This document shows, piece by piece, positions 9,349 through 18,187 of a stretch of DNA of 32,261 nucleotides. A program made the translations under genes and the position numbers. Location: positions 1 to 32,261 of the forward strand of contig CAXNGP010000001.1 in the NCBI GenBank assembly GCA_964201845.1. Reading direction: 5' to 3'. The stretch's first letter is position 1; each line of letters opens with the position of its first letter. The notes beneath the pieces were generated by a model. It ran no database searches and had not been told where the DNA came from. It worked only from the letters and a program-made list of their open reading frames with translations. Source of the stretch: Pirellulales bacterium. Lineage in GTDB: Bacteria > Planctomycetota > Planctomycetia > Pirellulales > UBA1268.

Positions 9349-10293
9349 ATGAAGGATCCCGCGGTTTCCATCGTCTCGCTGTTTCCGGCCGCCACGGAAA
9401 TCGCCTGGGCCCTCAGCGCGGGGGGACGCCTGGTGGGAAGGTCGCACGAATGCGACTGGCCGCCGGAAACCCTGTCGGCACCTGCCCTGACGACGCCGCG
9501 GCTTGACCCAACCGCCTCGAGCCGGGAGATCCACGCCGCGGTCCAACAGGCTCGCGAACAGGCGGCGGGCGCCCTTTTTTCGCTGGATGTCGACAGACTA
9601 GCCGCCCTGCGCCCAGAAGTCGTGCTCACCCAGGCAACCTGCGGAGTGTGCGCAATCTCTCGGGACGAGGTGGATCTCGCCGTCCAGCGCTCCGGGCATT
9701 CCGTCAGGGTCGTGTCCCTGTCGGCATCTTCGCTGAGCGGACTGTGGTCCGACATCATCACCGTGGGGGAAGCCGTCAACATGCTGCCCCGGGCCCGCGA
9801 GCTCGTTTCCCGGCTCCAATCCCGCTGCGACTCGATCGCCTGCCGCGTCGCGACCCTCAGCCGTGCCGGGGCGACGAGGTGGAGGGTCGCGATGATCGAG
9901 TGGCTCGATCCGCCCATGGCGGCCGGCCACTGGACCCCGGAACTCGTGCGCACGGCCGGCGGCGACGATTGCTTGGGCCGCGAGGGCGAGCATTCTCACT
10001 GGATCGATTGGGGCACCGTGGCCGCGGCCGACCCCGACGTCGTGATCCTCTCGCCCTGCGGTTTCACGCTCGACCGCACGCTGCGCGAAGCCGCCACCCC
10101 TGACGTCCGCCGGGTACTCGCGCCGCTGCGGGCCACCCGCGAGGGCCGGTTGTGGGCGGTCGACGGACATCACCTGCTCAACCGCCCCGGCCCACGGCTC
10201 GTCGATTCGCTGGAGGTCATCGCCACCGTGCTCCACCCCGGCATGTTTGACTTCCCCGCGGCCCGTCGGTTCGCCTGCCCTGTCGCTCTCTAG
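9349..10293 (+). CDS. BtuF/TroA-like (Peripla_BP_2 type) cobalamin or iron-chelate binding protein, without a signal peptide
   Basis: 314-aa ORF. It starts directly at the first beta-strand ('VSIVSLFPAATEIAWAL'). 'GRSHECDWPPE' resembles the 'HECDYP' motif of cobalamin-binding-protein homologues. The C-terminus has '...NRPGPRLVDSLEVIA'. The overlapping minus-strand ORFs are Arg-rich shadows. Confidence 0.75.
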   Translation: MKDPAVSIVSLFPAATEIAWALSAGGRLVGRSHECDWPPETLSAPALTTPRLDPTASSREIHAAVQQAREQAAGALFSLDVDRLAALRPEVVLTQATCGVCAISRDEVDLAVQRSGHSVRVVSLSASSLSGLWSDIITVGEAVNMLPRARELVSRLQSRCDSIACRVATLSRAGATRWRVAMIEWLDPPMAAGHWTPELVRTAGGDDCLGREGEHSHWIDWGTVAAADPDVVILSPCGFTLDRTLREAATPDVRRVLAPLRATREGRLWAVDGHHLLNRPGPRLVDSLEVIATVLHPGMFDFPAARRFACPVAL

Positions 10294-10487
10294 AGCGGGC
10301 CGCACGCCGCCAAAAAATCGACCTGGGCCGCGTTTGGCCACTGCGTTCGCAGGCGAGGGCGGACCCGTTCCCGATCAAACCGCTCCGTAGACCACCCGTT
10401 CGTGGAGTGCCGCGAGGGGCGACGGTAGCATGTGCGTCCACGCGGGGCCATTTGTAGTCGCTACTCTCAGCACGCAGCGAGACGCTC

Positions 10488-11570
10488 ATGACCTTTTTTC
10501 CCTCCCGCGTTTGGCGTCCCCGTCGTTCGCGGCGTCGGCAGGCTCCGTTGCGGGGCGAACTGCTCGAGCGGCGACTTGCCTTATCGGTCTCCCCAAACCC
10601 CGGCGGCATGGTGGTCGAAGACGCCGCCTTCGCCCGGGCCGCTGCGCTCGTGAACGCGACTCCGCTCGAAGAGGCGCAGGCCATCCGTTGGGTCGTGCGG
10701 ATGTCGCCCGGCACCGACGTGGCGGCGGCCGCCGCGGTGGCGGGAGCCACCGCGACCCGGCCGACCGGAATCGTCGCCGACACGTTCATCTGGGAGTTTC
10801 CCCAGGCCGCGGCCGGATCGATCCCGGGAACGCTCTCGGCCGCGACCACCAATCGCTCGCATGGGCTCGTCGCAGCCTATCCACTCGTGGCTCGACAACA
10901 GCAGCCACGACTCGTGCCGAACGACCCGCTGTTCGTCAACCAGTGGCACCTGCGCAACACCGGCCAGGGCGGCGGAACTGCGGGCGAGGACGCGGATGTC
11001 ACGGGCGTGTGGGACGCCTACCTCGGCACCGGCGTCACGATCGCGATCGTGGACGACGGCCTGCAGCATGCCCATCCCGACCTCGTCTCGCACTACGTCG
11101 CCGCGGCAAGCTACGACTTCAACGACGACGATCCGGACCCGACTCCCATCAGCACCGACGCCCACGGCACGGCGGCCGGCGGCGTGGCGGCGGCGACCGG
11201 CAACAACGGGCTCGGCGGTTCCGGGGCCGCGCCTGGAGCCTCGCTCGCCGGCCTGCGGCTGATCGCCGGGCCCGCCGACGACCTGATGGAGGCGACGGCC
11301 CTCACCTACGCGCTGGCCGACATCGACATCTACAGCAACAGCTGGGGACCCGACGACAGCGGCACCCAGGTCTCCGGACCCGGCCCGTTGACGCTCGCGG
11401 CCCTCGAGCGGGGCGTCACCGAGGGCCGCGGCGGTCTCGGTGCAATCTATGTCTGGTCGGCGGGCAACGGCCTCGATAGCAACGATAATGTCAACTACGA
11501 CGGCTACGCGAACTCGCGGTTCACGATCGCGGTGACGGCGATCGACAACCAAGGTCGGCAGTCCTGGTAA
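10488..11570 (+). pseudogene. S8 protease fragment 1: N-terminal motif, propeptide, and Asp/His/Asn part of the catalytic domain; ends at the in-frame TAA
   Basis: Reads '...TAIDNQGRQSW*' at TAA 11568-11570. The same frame continues 'AEPGAAILVAAPSNGD...', which is the conserved S8 core. Confidence 0.8.
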
Positions 11571-13376
11571 GCCGAACCGGGCGCAGCCATCCTCGTGGCG
11601 GCCCCGTCCAACGGCGACACTCTGGGCATCACCACGACCGACCTCGTCGGGACGGCGGGCTACAACACGGCGACGTCCGCAGGAGGTGGTGACTACACCA
11701 ACACGTTCGGCGGCACCTCCTCCGCTGCGCCCCTCGTCTCCGGCGTCGTGGCGCTGATGCTCGAGGCCAACCCGAACCTCGGCTGGCGCGACGTTCAGCA
11801 CGTGCTCGTCGAGTCGGCCCGGCGAAACGATCCCACCGACGCCGACTGGGTGCAGAACGGCTCCGGCCGCTGGGTGAACCACAAGTACGGCTTCGGCGCC
11901 GTCGATGCGGCGGCTGCCGTGGCCCTGTCCCAAACATGGACGGACGTCGGAGCGGAGGTCCGGGCTTCTTCGGGCACTCGAACGGTCGGCCTGGCGATCC
12001 CGGACAATAATCCGACCGGTGTCAGCACGTCCTTCACCATGTCGGCCGACCTCGCGACGGAATGGGTCGAGGTGACGTTCTCGGCCACGCATTCCTACCG
12101 GGGCGACCTCGAAGTGGTGCTGACATCGCCGACGGGCACGCAGTCGGTGCTGGCCGAGCAGCGCGGCGACTCCAACGCCGACTACGGCAGTTGGAAGTTC
12201 ACCTCGGCGCGCCACTGGGGCGAATCGTCGGCCGGCACGTGGACGCTCACCGTTCGTGATCTCAGCGCCGCCGACCTCGGCACGCTCGATTCCTGGTCGC
12301 TCGACGTCTACGGCACGAACCCCACCGACGTCGTGCCCACCACCGTTGCCATCACGAGTGATGCCGGTGGCACACTCACGGCCGGCGGGTCGGCCACGGT
12401 CATGTTCACCGTCAGCGAGGCCGTCAGCACGTTCACCGGCGGGATGGTGACGGCGACCGGCGGCACACTCTCCGGGTTCGCGGGCTCCGGAACCACCTAC
12501 ACAGCGACCTTCACGCCGGCGGGAGGCTTCGAGGGCGTGGCCACGATCGCGATCGGCGCTGGGGCCTTCACCAACGGCGCCGGCCAGCCGAACGAGGCGG
12601 CCGCCCTCGACATCGCCGTCGACACGGTCGTCCCGACCGTGACCGTGGCGACCACCGCAGGGAGCACGCTGCTGGTCGGCTCGACCGCCGCGGTGAGCTT
12701 CGCACTAAGCGAACCGGCAGTCAGTTTCAGCCTCGCAAGCGTGACCGTCACGGGCGGCAGCCTGGCCGGGCTGACGGGCTCGGGAACCGCGTATGCCGCC
12801 ACATTCACGCCCGCGGCCGGCTACCAGGGAGCCGCCACGATCGGGGTGGCTGCGGGCGGCTTCACCGACCTTGCCGGCAACGACAACGCGGCGGGCAACA
12901 CGATCGCGTTCACGGTCGACACGGTCGCGCCCACGCTGACGATCTCGCGATCGGGGAGCGGAACAGTCACGCTCGGCGCTGCGGTTACGATCACGTTCGC
13001 CGCGAGCGTCGCGACCACCACCTTCACTGCGGCGGACATAGGCGTCACCGGAGGCTCGCTGTCGGGATTCGCCGGCACGGGCAGCCTCTATACGGCCTCG
13101 TTCACGCCGGCACCTGGATTCCAGGGCCTGGCCACGATCGCGGTCGCGGGCGGCAGATTCACGACCGGGCTGGGCAACCCCAATCAGCCGGCGTCGCTGT
13201 CGTTCCCCGTCGACGTGGCACCGCCGACGCTCGCGATCACCCGGTCGGGGTCGGGCACGCTGCTGGCCGGCACGGTCACGACGGTCACGTTCACGCTCAG
13301 CGAAGTCGGTACGACGTTCGGTCCCGGTGGCGTGGCCGTCTCGGGCGGGACGCTTTTGGCGTTCGCCGGGGGGGGG
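11571..13376 (+). pseudogene. S8 protease fragment 2: catalytic Ser, P-domain and Ig-like repeats 1-4; meaningful up to the G9 tract
   Basis: The track ORF 11595-13754 reads as a real protein up to '...GGTLLAFAGGG'. After 13376 it becomes Arg/His-rich nonsense. Confidence 0.8.
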
Positions 13377-14125
13377 CACGACCTTCACTGCGACGTTCAC
13401 TCCCACCGCGGGTTTCGAGGGCCTGGGGTGGATTGCCGTGGCTGCCGGCGCGTTCACCGACCTCGTAGGCCAGCCCAACGAGGCGGCGGTACTCGAGTTT
13501 CCCATCGACAACCTCGCGCCCACCATCGCGGTGAGTTGGGCGGGGCCGGCGCCGCTCGTCAGTGGTGCTGCGGCGACGGTCTTGCTGAGCCTCAGCGAAC
13601 CGGCTGCCGCCTTCGGCCTGGCAGCCATCGAGGTGGCCGGCGGGACCCTCGTGAATCTGACGGGCGCGGGCACCGCGTTCACCGCCACCTTCCTACCCGC
13701 GGCCGATTTCCGGGGAACCGCCACGGTCACCGTCCCGCCCGGTGCGCTCACTGACATCGCCGGCAACCGCAACCCGGCCCCGGCGGCGGTCGCGATCCCG
13801 GTCGACACCGTGGCGCCGTTGATCGCCGGCTTCCGGGCTTCGCCGGCAACCGCGCGGCTGGGTATCGGCGACGCGATCGTTCTGGAGGCCGATTTCTCCG
13901 AGCCCGTCACGCCCGGCGCCAGCCTGACCGTCCTGCTTGACACCGGTCGCCACGTTTCGCTCGCCGTCGATGCCCTCGGCCTGACGGCCCGCGGCGTCTA
14001 CGTCGCCCAACCAGGTGACGTGAGCGGCGACCTCGACGTGGTCGCGGTGTCGGCCAACGGCTTGCTCCGCAACGCCGCCGGCAATCCGCTGGCCACGACG
14101 CTGCCGCCGCCTCCGGCGGGGCTCG
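12324..14125 (+). repeat. Six tandem coding repeats (about 98 aa, 294-297 bp) encoding bacterial Ig-like domains
   Basis: Unit starts ('VDTVAPT'-type) at 12324, 12618, 12915, 13209, 13504 and 13801. Each unit carries '...SEP...F...VTGG.L.G..G.G..YTATFTP..GF.G...I.V..G.FTD..GN.N'. Confidence 0.85.
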
Positions 14126-14808
14126 CCGGCCGACACGCGGTGGTCGTGGACGCGGCGGTCCGGTTCGTCGCCAGCGGCCTGTTCGGAATCGATCCCGCGG
14201 TCGTTCGCGACGCGAGATCGCAGTTCCGCCACGTGCCGCTGCGGTTCACGACACCCGTCACCGGCCTCGTGCTGGCGGCGTTGCGGCTGGAACTCAACGG
14301 CCAGCCGCTGTCGCTGCAGGGCGCGAGGCTCACCGGATCACGGGATTCGTACGTGCTCTCGCTCCCCGTGACTCGCGTCAATCCAGTCGGAATCTACACC
14401 CTGTCAATCGCCTCGACCGGCGCAGTGCGGGCGACGAGTAACGGGGCCACGGCCACGACCAGCGTGGCGCTCCGCTGGGGCTTCGGACGCAGCGTGGGCA
14501 TGGTTCCCGCCGCGCCCCCGCTGGTGACGCCGCTCGAGGTGGTGCGGACGGCCCGCCGCACGTCGGTGGTGCTCGCCTGGCAGCCGGCGGCCGCCAATGC
14601 CGGCGGACCGGTGAGCCGCTATCTGCTCGAGTACCGGATCGCAGGCACGCAGCGGTGGATCGCCGTGCGGAACTCGGTGCCGGGAGGCGTGAGCCAGACG
14701 ACCGTCAGCGGTCTGGCACTCGGCCACGCATACGAGTTCCGGGTCGCCGCGGTCAATGCCGCGGGCCAAGGGGTATTCGGGGTCTCGGCGCCGTTCCACG
14801 TGGCCTGA
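13377..14808 (+). pseudogene. S8 protease fragment 3: rest of Ig-like repeat 4, repeats 5-6, a linker and FN3
   Basis: The track ORF 13327-14808 becomes repeat-like exactly at '...GGGTTFTATFTPTAGFEG', continuing the repeat interrupted in fragment 2. Confidence 0.8.
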
Positions 14809-14833
14809 GCCACACGCACGAAACCGGAGGCGC

Positions 14834-15856
14834 CTACAGCGCCCCGGGCTTGAGGCCCTTCCGCGCCCCGTTGAACCCGAACGGCGTCGGCTCGAACGTG
14901 CCCACCACGTCGACGCAGGATTTCGAGGGAATCTTGTCGTCGAGGCCCACGGCCCAGTAGCAGGCGTTGACGAGCATCCGCCGCGTGCCCTCGGCCACCA
15001 TGTCGGTCGACGAGCCCATCGTGGTCGTGAACACCCGGCCGCTCGGGCCGCCGTCGACCGCGTAGGTCTTCGTCCAAGCCACCGGCATCATCGGGTCGTT
15101 CTTCTTGCCCTCCACGGGCGCGGAGTCGGGCGTCATCCCGGTGAGCACCTGCCCGAGCACCAGCGGCTTCGAGTCGCCCGGCAATGGCGGGCGGACACCG
15201 TACACGTCGGTCGGCCCCCAGATGTCGCCGTCGGCGATGCCCCGCAGGATCGGGTGATCCTTGGCGTCGGGCGCGATCAGCCCACGGGTGCTCTCCTTGC
15301 CGTGATGGCCGTGATGGCTGATCCACTTCTCCCCGAGCACGAGCCGGCCGAAGCCGTCGACCCACTCCTTCTTCTCGCCGCCATACCCGTTGCCGTAGTG
15401 GGCGTAGGTGCGATCCTTCGGGATGTTGAAGGCGTGAGTGGCCGTCCGCATCCCGATCACGGGCTTGCCGGCCCGGAGGTAGTCGTCGATGTGCTTCATC
15501 TGCTCGTCGGGCAGATTGCGGAACCGCGTGGCGATCACCATCAAGTCGGCCTTCGCGAGCGCCTCGAGGCCCGGGATGTTGTTGCCCGTGTTGGGGCTGA
15601 TCTCGCCGGTCTTGGGGTCGATCGCATACAAGACGGTGCAGGTGAAGCCGTGGTGGGTCGCCAGGATCTTCGCCAATTGCGTGAGCGCCTCCTCGCTCCG
15701 GTACTCCTCGTCACCGCTGACGAGCACGACGTGCTTGCCCTGCCCCGGCCCGGCCGCCCCCGGCACCTGGAGCCACGGGTCATCTGCCCACAGCGGACGG
15801 GCGGCGACGTGGGCGAGCATCAGGGCGACCAACAGCGGGCTCAGCAGGCGGTTCAT
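14834..15856 (-). CDS. Secreted ThuA-like (class-I glutamine-amidotransferase-like fold) protein
   Basis: The ORF is open to 15949, but ATG 15856-15854 gives a classical signal peptide 'MNRLLSPLLVALMLAHVAARPLWA'. The body ('KHVVLVSGDEEYRSEE...ATRFRNLPDEQMKHIDDYLRAGKPVIGMRTATHAF') resembles ThuA-domain proteins, recognised from memory. Confidence 0.7.
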   Translation of the reverse strand: MNRLLSPLLVALMLAHVAARPLWADDPWLQVPGAAGPGQGKHVVLVSGDEEYRSEEALTQLAKILATHHGFTCTVLYAIDPKTGEISPNTGNNIPGLEALAKADLMVIATRFRNLPDEQMKHIDDYLRAGKPVIGMRTATHAFNIPKDRTYAHYGNGYGGEKKEWVDGFGRLVLGEKWISHHGHHGKESTRGLIAPDAKDHPILRGIADGDIWGPTDVYGVRPPLPGDSKPLVLGQVLTGMTPDSAPVEGKKNDPMMPVAWTKTYAVDGGPSGRVFTTTMGSSTDMVAEGTRRMLVNACYWAVGLDDKIPSKSCVDVVGTFEPTPFGFNGARKGLKPGAL

Positions 15857-16031
15857 GCGGAATCTCCGGGCTTTTTGGACGTCACGAGTGGGCAAAACCG
15901 GCGGTAGTGTGACACGAACCGGGGCCGCCCCGCAAACCGCTCCCGGCAATTCGACAACCCGTGTCCGGCGAGCTACTACAGTTTGATGCGGAGCCGCCCG
16001 ACGACGATCCCGCCCGCCCCGGAACCACCAC

Positions 16032-17012
16032 GTGACCGACCGCCGTCCCGGCTTGCCCGCCGCCCCCGCGATTGATCCCCGCTGGATCGGTGTCTTGGCT
16101 CTGCTCGCGTTGCTGGCCGCCGGCCTGGCCCGCGGGATCTACACGGTGGGCCCCGAGAGCGTGGGGGTGATCCAGCGGTTCGGCCGCTTCGTCGGCACGG
16201 TCGGCCCGGGCCTGCGATTCAAGCTTCCCTTCGGCATCGACACCGTCACGATCGTGCCGGTCAAGCGGCAGCTGAAGATGGAGTTCGGCTTCGGCACGCC
16301 CAACGCCACCGATCGGTATCAACCGGCCACGGATCCCGTCCGCGAAAGCGACATGGTGACCGGCGACCTCAACGCCGCCCATGTGGAGTGGGTGGTGCAG
16401 TACGAGATCAGCGACCCCGAGGCCTACCTGTTCAACATGCGGGACCCGGCCGACACCCTTCGCGATCTCTCCGAGAGCGTGGTGCGGGAAGTGGTGGGCG
16501 ACCGGACCGTGGACGAGGTGCTCACGGTCGGACGGCAGGGTATCGAGAACGACGCGATCGCCAGGCTCACGGCGCTCGTCCACGAACTGGACATGGGCCT
16601 GCGGGTCCAGCAGGTGCAACTCAAGAGCGTGCAGCCTCCCGCCGCCGTGCAGGCCTCCTTCGACGAGGTCAACCGGGCCCAGCAGGAGCGGGAGCAGATG
16701 ATCAACCAGGCCAACGGTGAATACAACAAGGTGGTGCCCCGGGCCAGCGGCGAGGCCCAGCGGCTCCTGAGCGACGCCGAGGGCTACGCGATCCGCCGCG
16801 TCAACGAGGCCGAGGGCGACGCCACGCGGTTCAAGGCGCTGCTCGGGCAGTATGAGCGGGCCCCCGACGTGACCCGCCGGCGGCTGTATCTCGAGACCAT
16901 GGGGGAGCTGCTGCCCAAGCTCGGCGGAACGGTCGTGATCGACGAGGATGCCCGCCAGTTCCTCCCGCTGATGAACCTGCCGCCCGCCGCGGCCCGGAGG
17001 CCCGCCCCGTGA
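16032..17012 (+). CDS. hflK: HflK (SPFH/band-7 FtsH modulator subunit)
   Basis: GTG start, one N-terminal TM segment, then 'VGPESVGVIQRFGRFVGTVGPGLRFKLPFGIDTV' and a coiled-coil tail '...NRAQQEREQMINQANGEYNKVVPRASGEAQR'. Its stop overlaps the next start (GTGA, 17009-17012). Confidence 0.9.
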   Translation: MTDRRPGLPAAPAIDPRWIGVLALLALLAAGLARGIYTVGPESVGVIQRFGRFVGTVGPGLRFKLPFGIDTVTIVPVKRQLKMEFGFGTPNATDRYQPATDPVRESDMVTGDLNAAHVEWVVQYEISDPEAYLFNMRDPADTLRDLSESVVREVVGDRTVDEVLTVGRQGIENDAIARLTALVHELDMGLRVQQVQLKSVQPPAAVQASFDEVNRAQQEREQMINQANGEYNKVVPRASGEAQRLLSDAEGYAIRRVNEAEGDATRFKALLGQYERAPDVTRRRLYLETMGELLPKLGGTVVIDEDARQFLPLMNLPPAAARRPAP

Positions 17013-18058
17013 GCCCGCTGCCGATCAATCACCCGCTTCTGGCCTTCCTGCGGCGGCTGGCGGATTTGTTGTTTTCACCGTTCGGCGTCGCCCTGCTCGT
17101 GCTGGCCGGGATCGTGATGTTCGGGAGCGCCTACACGGTGGACCAGCGGGAACAGGTGGTGATCACGCAGTTCGGCCGGCCGGTGGGGGAGCCGATCAAC
17201 TCCAACAAGGGAGACGGTGCCGGTCCCGGCTTGCACTTCAAGATCCCGTTCATCCAGACGGCCAATCGGTTCGAGAAGCGGATCCTCGAGTGGGACGGGC
17301 CCCCGGCCGAGATGACCACCAGCGACAAGCTCTACGTGGTGGTCGACACGTTCTCCCGCTGGCGGATCATCGACCCGCTGGTCTACTTCCAGAGCCTGCG
17401 GGACGAGCGGAGCGCCCTCTCGCGGATCGACGACATCATCGGCAGCGAGACCCGCAACGTCGTCGCCCGACATGACCTGATCGAGATCATCCGGTCCGAC
17501 AAGGATCGCCAGCCCGAGCGGGACGCGGCCCTCGGAGAGGCCGGTGAACTCGTGGGCCGGCTGCCCCCGATCCGGTTCGGCCGCAAGGAACTCGAGCGAG
17601 AGATCCTCCGCGCGGCCGCGCCCAAGGTGGGCATCTGGGGAATCGAGCTGCTCGACGTCCGCGTCAAGCGGGTCAACTACAAGGAGGGCGTGATCGGCAA
17701 GATTTACGACCGGATGATGTCGGAGCGGCTGCAGATCGCCGAGCGGTTCCGCTCGGAGGGTGCCGGCGAGGCGGCCAAGATCGAGGGTCGCAAGGATCGG
17801 GATCTGCAGCGGATCCAGTCGGAGGCCTACCGCAAGGTCCAGGAGGTGCGAGGCACGGCCGACGCGATGGCTTCGGAGATCTACGCGTCCGCCTACGGCT
17901 CGAGCCCCGCCGCCGCCGACTTCTACGGCTTTCTCAAGACGCTCGACACCTACAAGGCCACGCTCGGCGGCGACACGACGATGATCCTGACCACCGACAG
18001 TGACCTGTTCGGCCTGCTCAAGCGGGTGGGCAACGCCCCGGCGAAGCCCGCCGACTGA
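17009..18058 (+). CDS. hflC: HflC (SPFH/band-7 FtsH modulator subunit)
   Basis: N-terminal TM segment, then 'YTVDQREQVVITQFGRPVG...GLHFKIPFIQTANRFEKRILEWDG'. Translationally coupled to hflK. Confidence 0.9.
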   Translation: MSPLPINHPLLAFLRRLADLLFSPFGVALLVLAGIVMFGSAYTVDQREQVVITQFGRPVGEPINSNKGDGAGPGLHFKIPFIQTANRFEKRILEWDGPPAEMTTSDKLYVVVDTFSRWRIIDPLVYFQSLRDERSALSRIDDIIGSETRNVVARHDLIEIIRSDKDRQPERDAALGEAGELVGRLPPIRFGRKELEREILRAAAPKVGIWGIELLDVRVKRVNYKEGVIGKIYDRMMSERLQIAERFRSEGAGEAAKIEGRKDRDLQRIQSEAYRKVQEVRGTADAMASEIYASAYGSSPAAADFYGFLKTLDTYKATLGGDTTMILTTDSDLFGLLKRVGNAPAKPAD

Positions 18059-18187
18059 CCCAGAAGCCACGGCCAGGCCCGCTCGGCGAGTACCTCACGA
18101 GCGGCATTCCCCCACCCCTCATCGCGGTGGTAGTCTGCCGATCAGCCAGCCGATCCCTCGCCTGCCTCCTTTTTCCCGGAGTTCCCC

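Larger units (their letters stand above)
10488..14808 (+). pseudogene. Kexin-like subtilase (peptidase S8 + proprotein-convertase P-domain + 6 Ig-like repeats + FN3), disrupted by one in-frame TAA and one +1 frameshift
   Basis: Catalytic triad in kexin order: 'IAIVDDGL' (Asp 11052-11054), 'DAHGTAAGG' (His 11163-11165), 'FGGTSSAAPLVSG' (Ser 11718-11720). P-domain: '...THSYRGDLEVVLTSPTGTQSVL...GTWTLTVRDL...GTLDSWSLDVYG'. C-terminal FN3: '...VVLAWQP...YLLEYRIAG...YEFRVAAVNAAGQG'. The three track ORFs (10488-11570, 11595-13754, 13327-14808) join into one protein. The first two are in the same frame, separated by TAA 11568-11570. The third is reached by removing one G from the G9 run at 13368-13376. 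Confidence 0.85.

Noticed and set aside
11568-11570. TAA as a recoded sense codon or programmed readthrough site in the subtilase
   Set aside because: No bacterial TAA-to-Tyr reassignment is known to me. The same gene carries an independent frameshift, so a simple nonsense mutation or a base-call error is far more likely. The absence of other TAA stops in the window is expected at this GC content.
14809-14833. A possible bidirectional terminator between the convergent subtilase and ThuA-like genes (GGCGC-CTACA-GCGCC)
   Set aside because: The stem is only 5 bp and there is no U-tract on either strand, so it cannot be distinguished from chance in GC-rich DNA.
9135-15907. Long ORFs opposite or out of frame to the BtuF-like, subtilase and ThuA-like genes (for example 9135-9953 -, 9598-10341 -, 10430-11479 +, 10581-12215 -, 12705-13943 -, 14619-15365 -, 14756-15907 +)
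   Set aside because: They have Arg/Pro/Gly-rich low-complexity translations and no motifs. Each is fully overlapped by a gene with clear family signatures. These are the high-GC shadow ORFs expected in such sequence.
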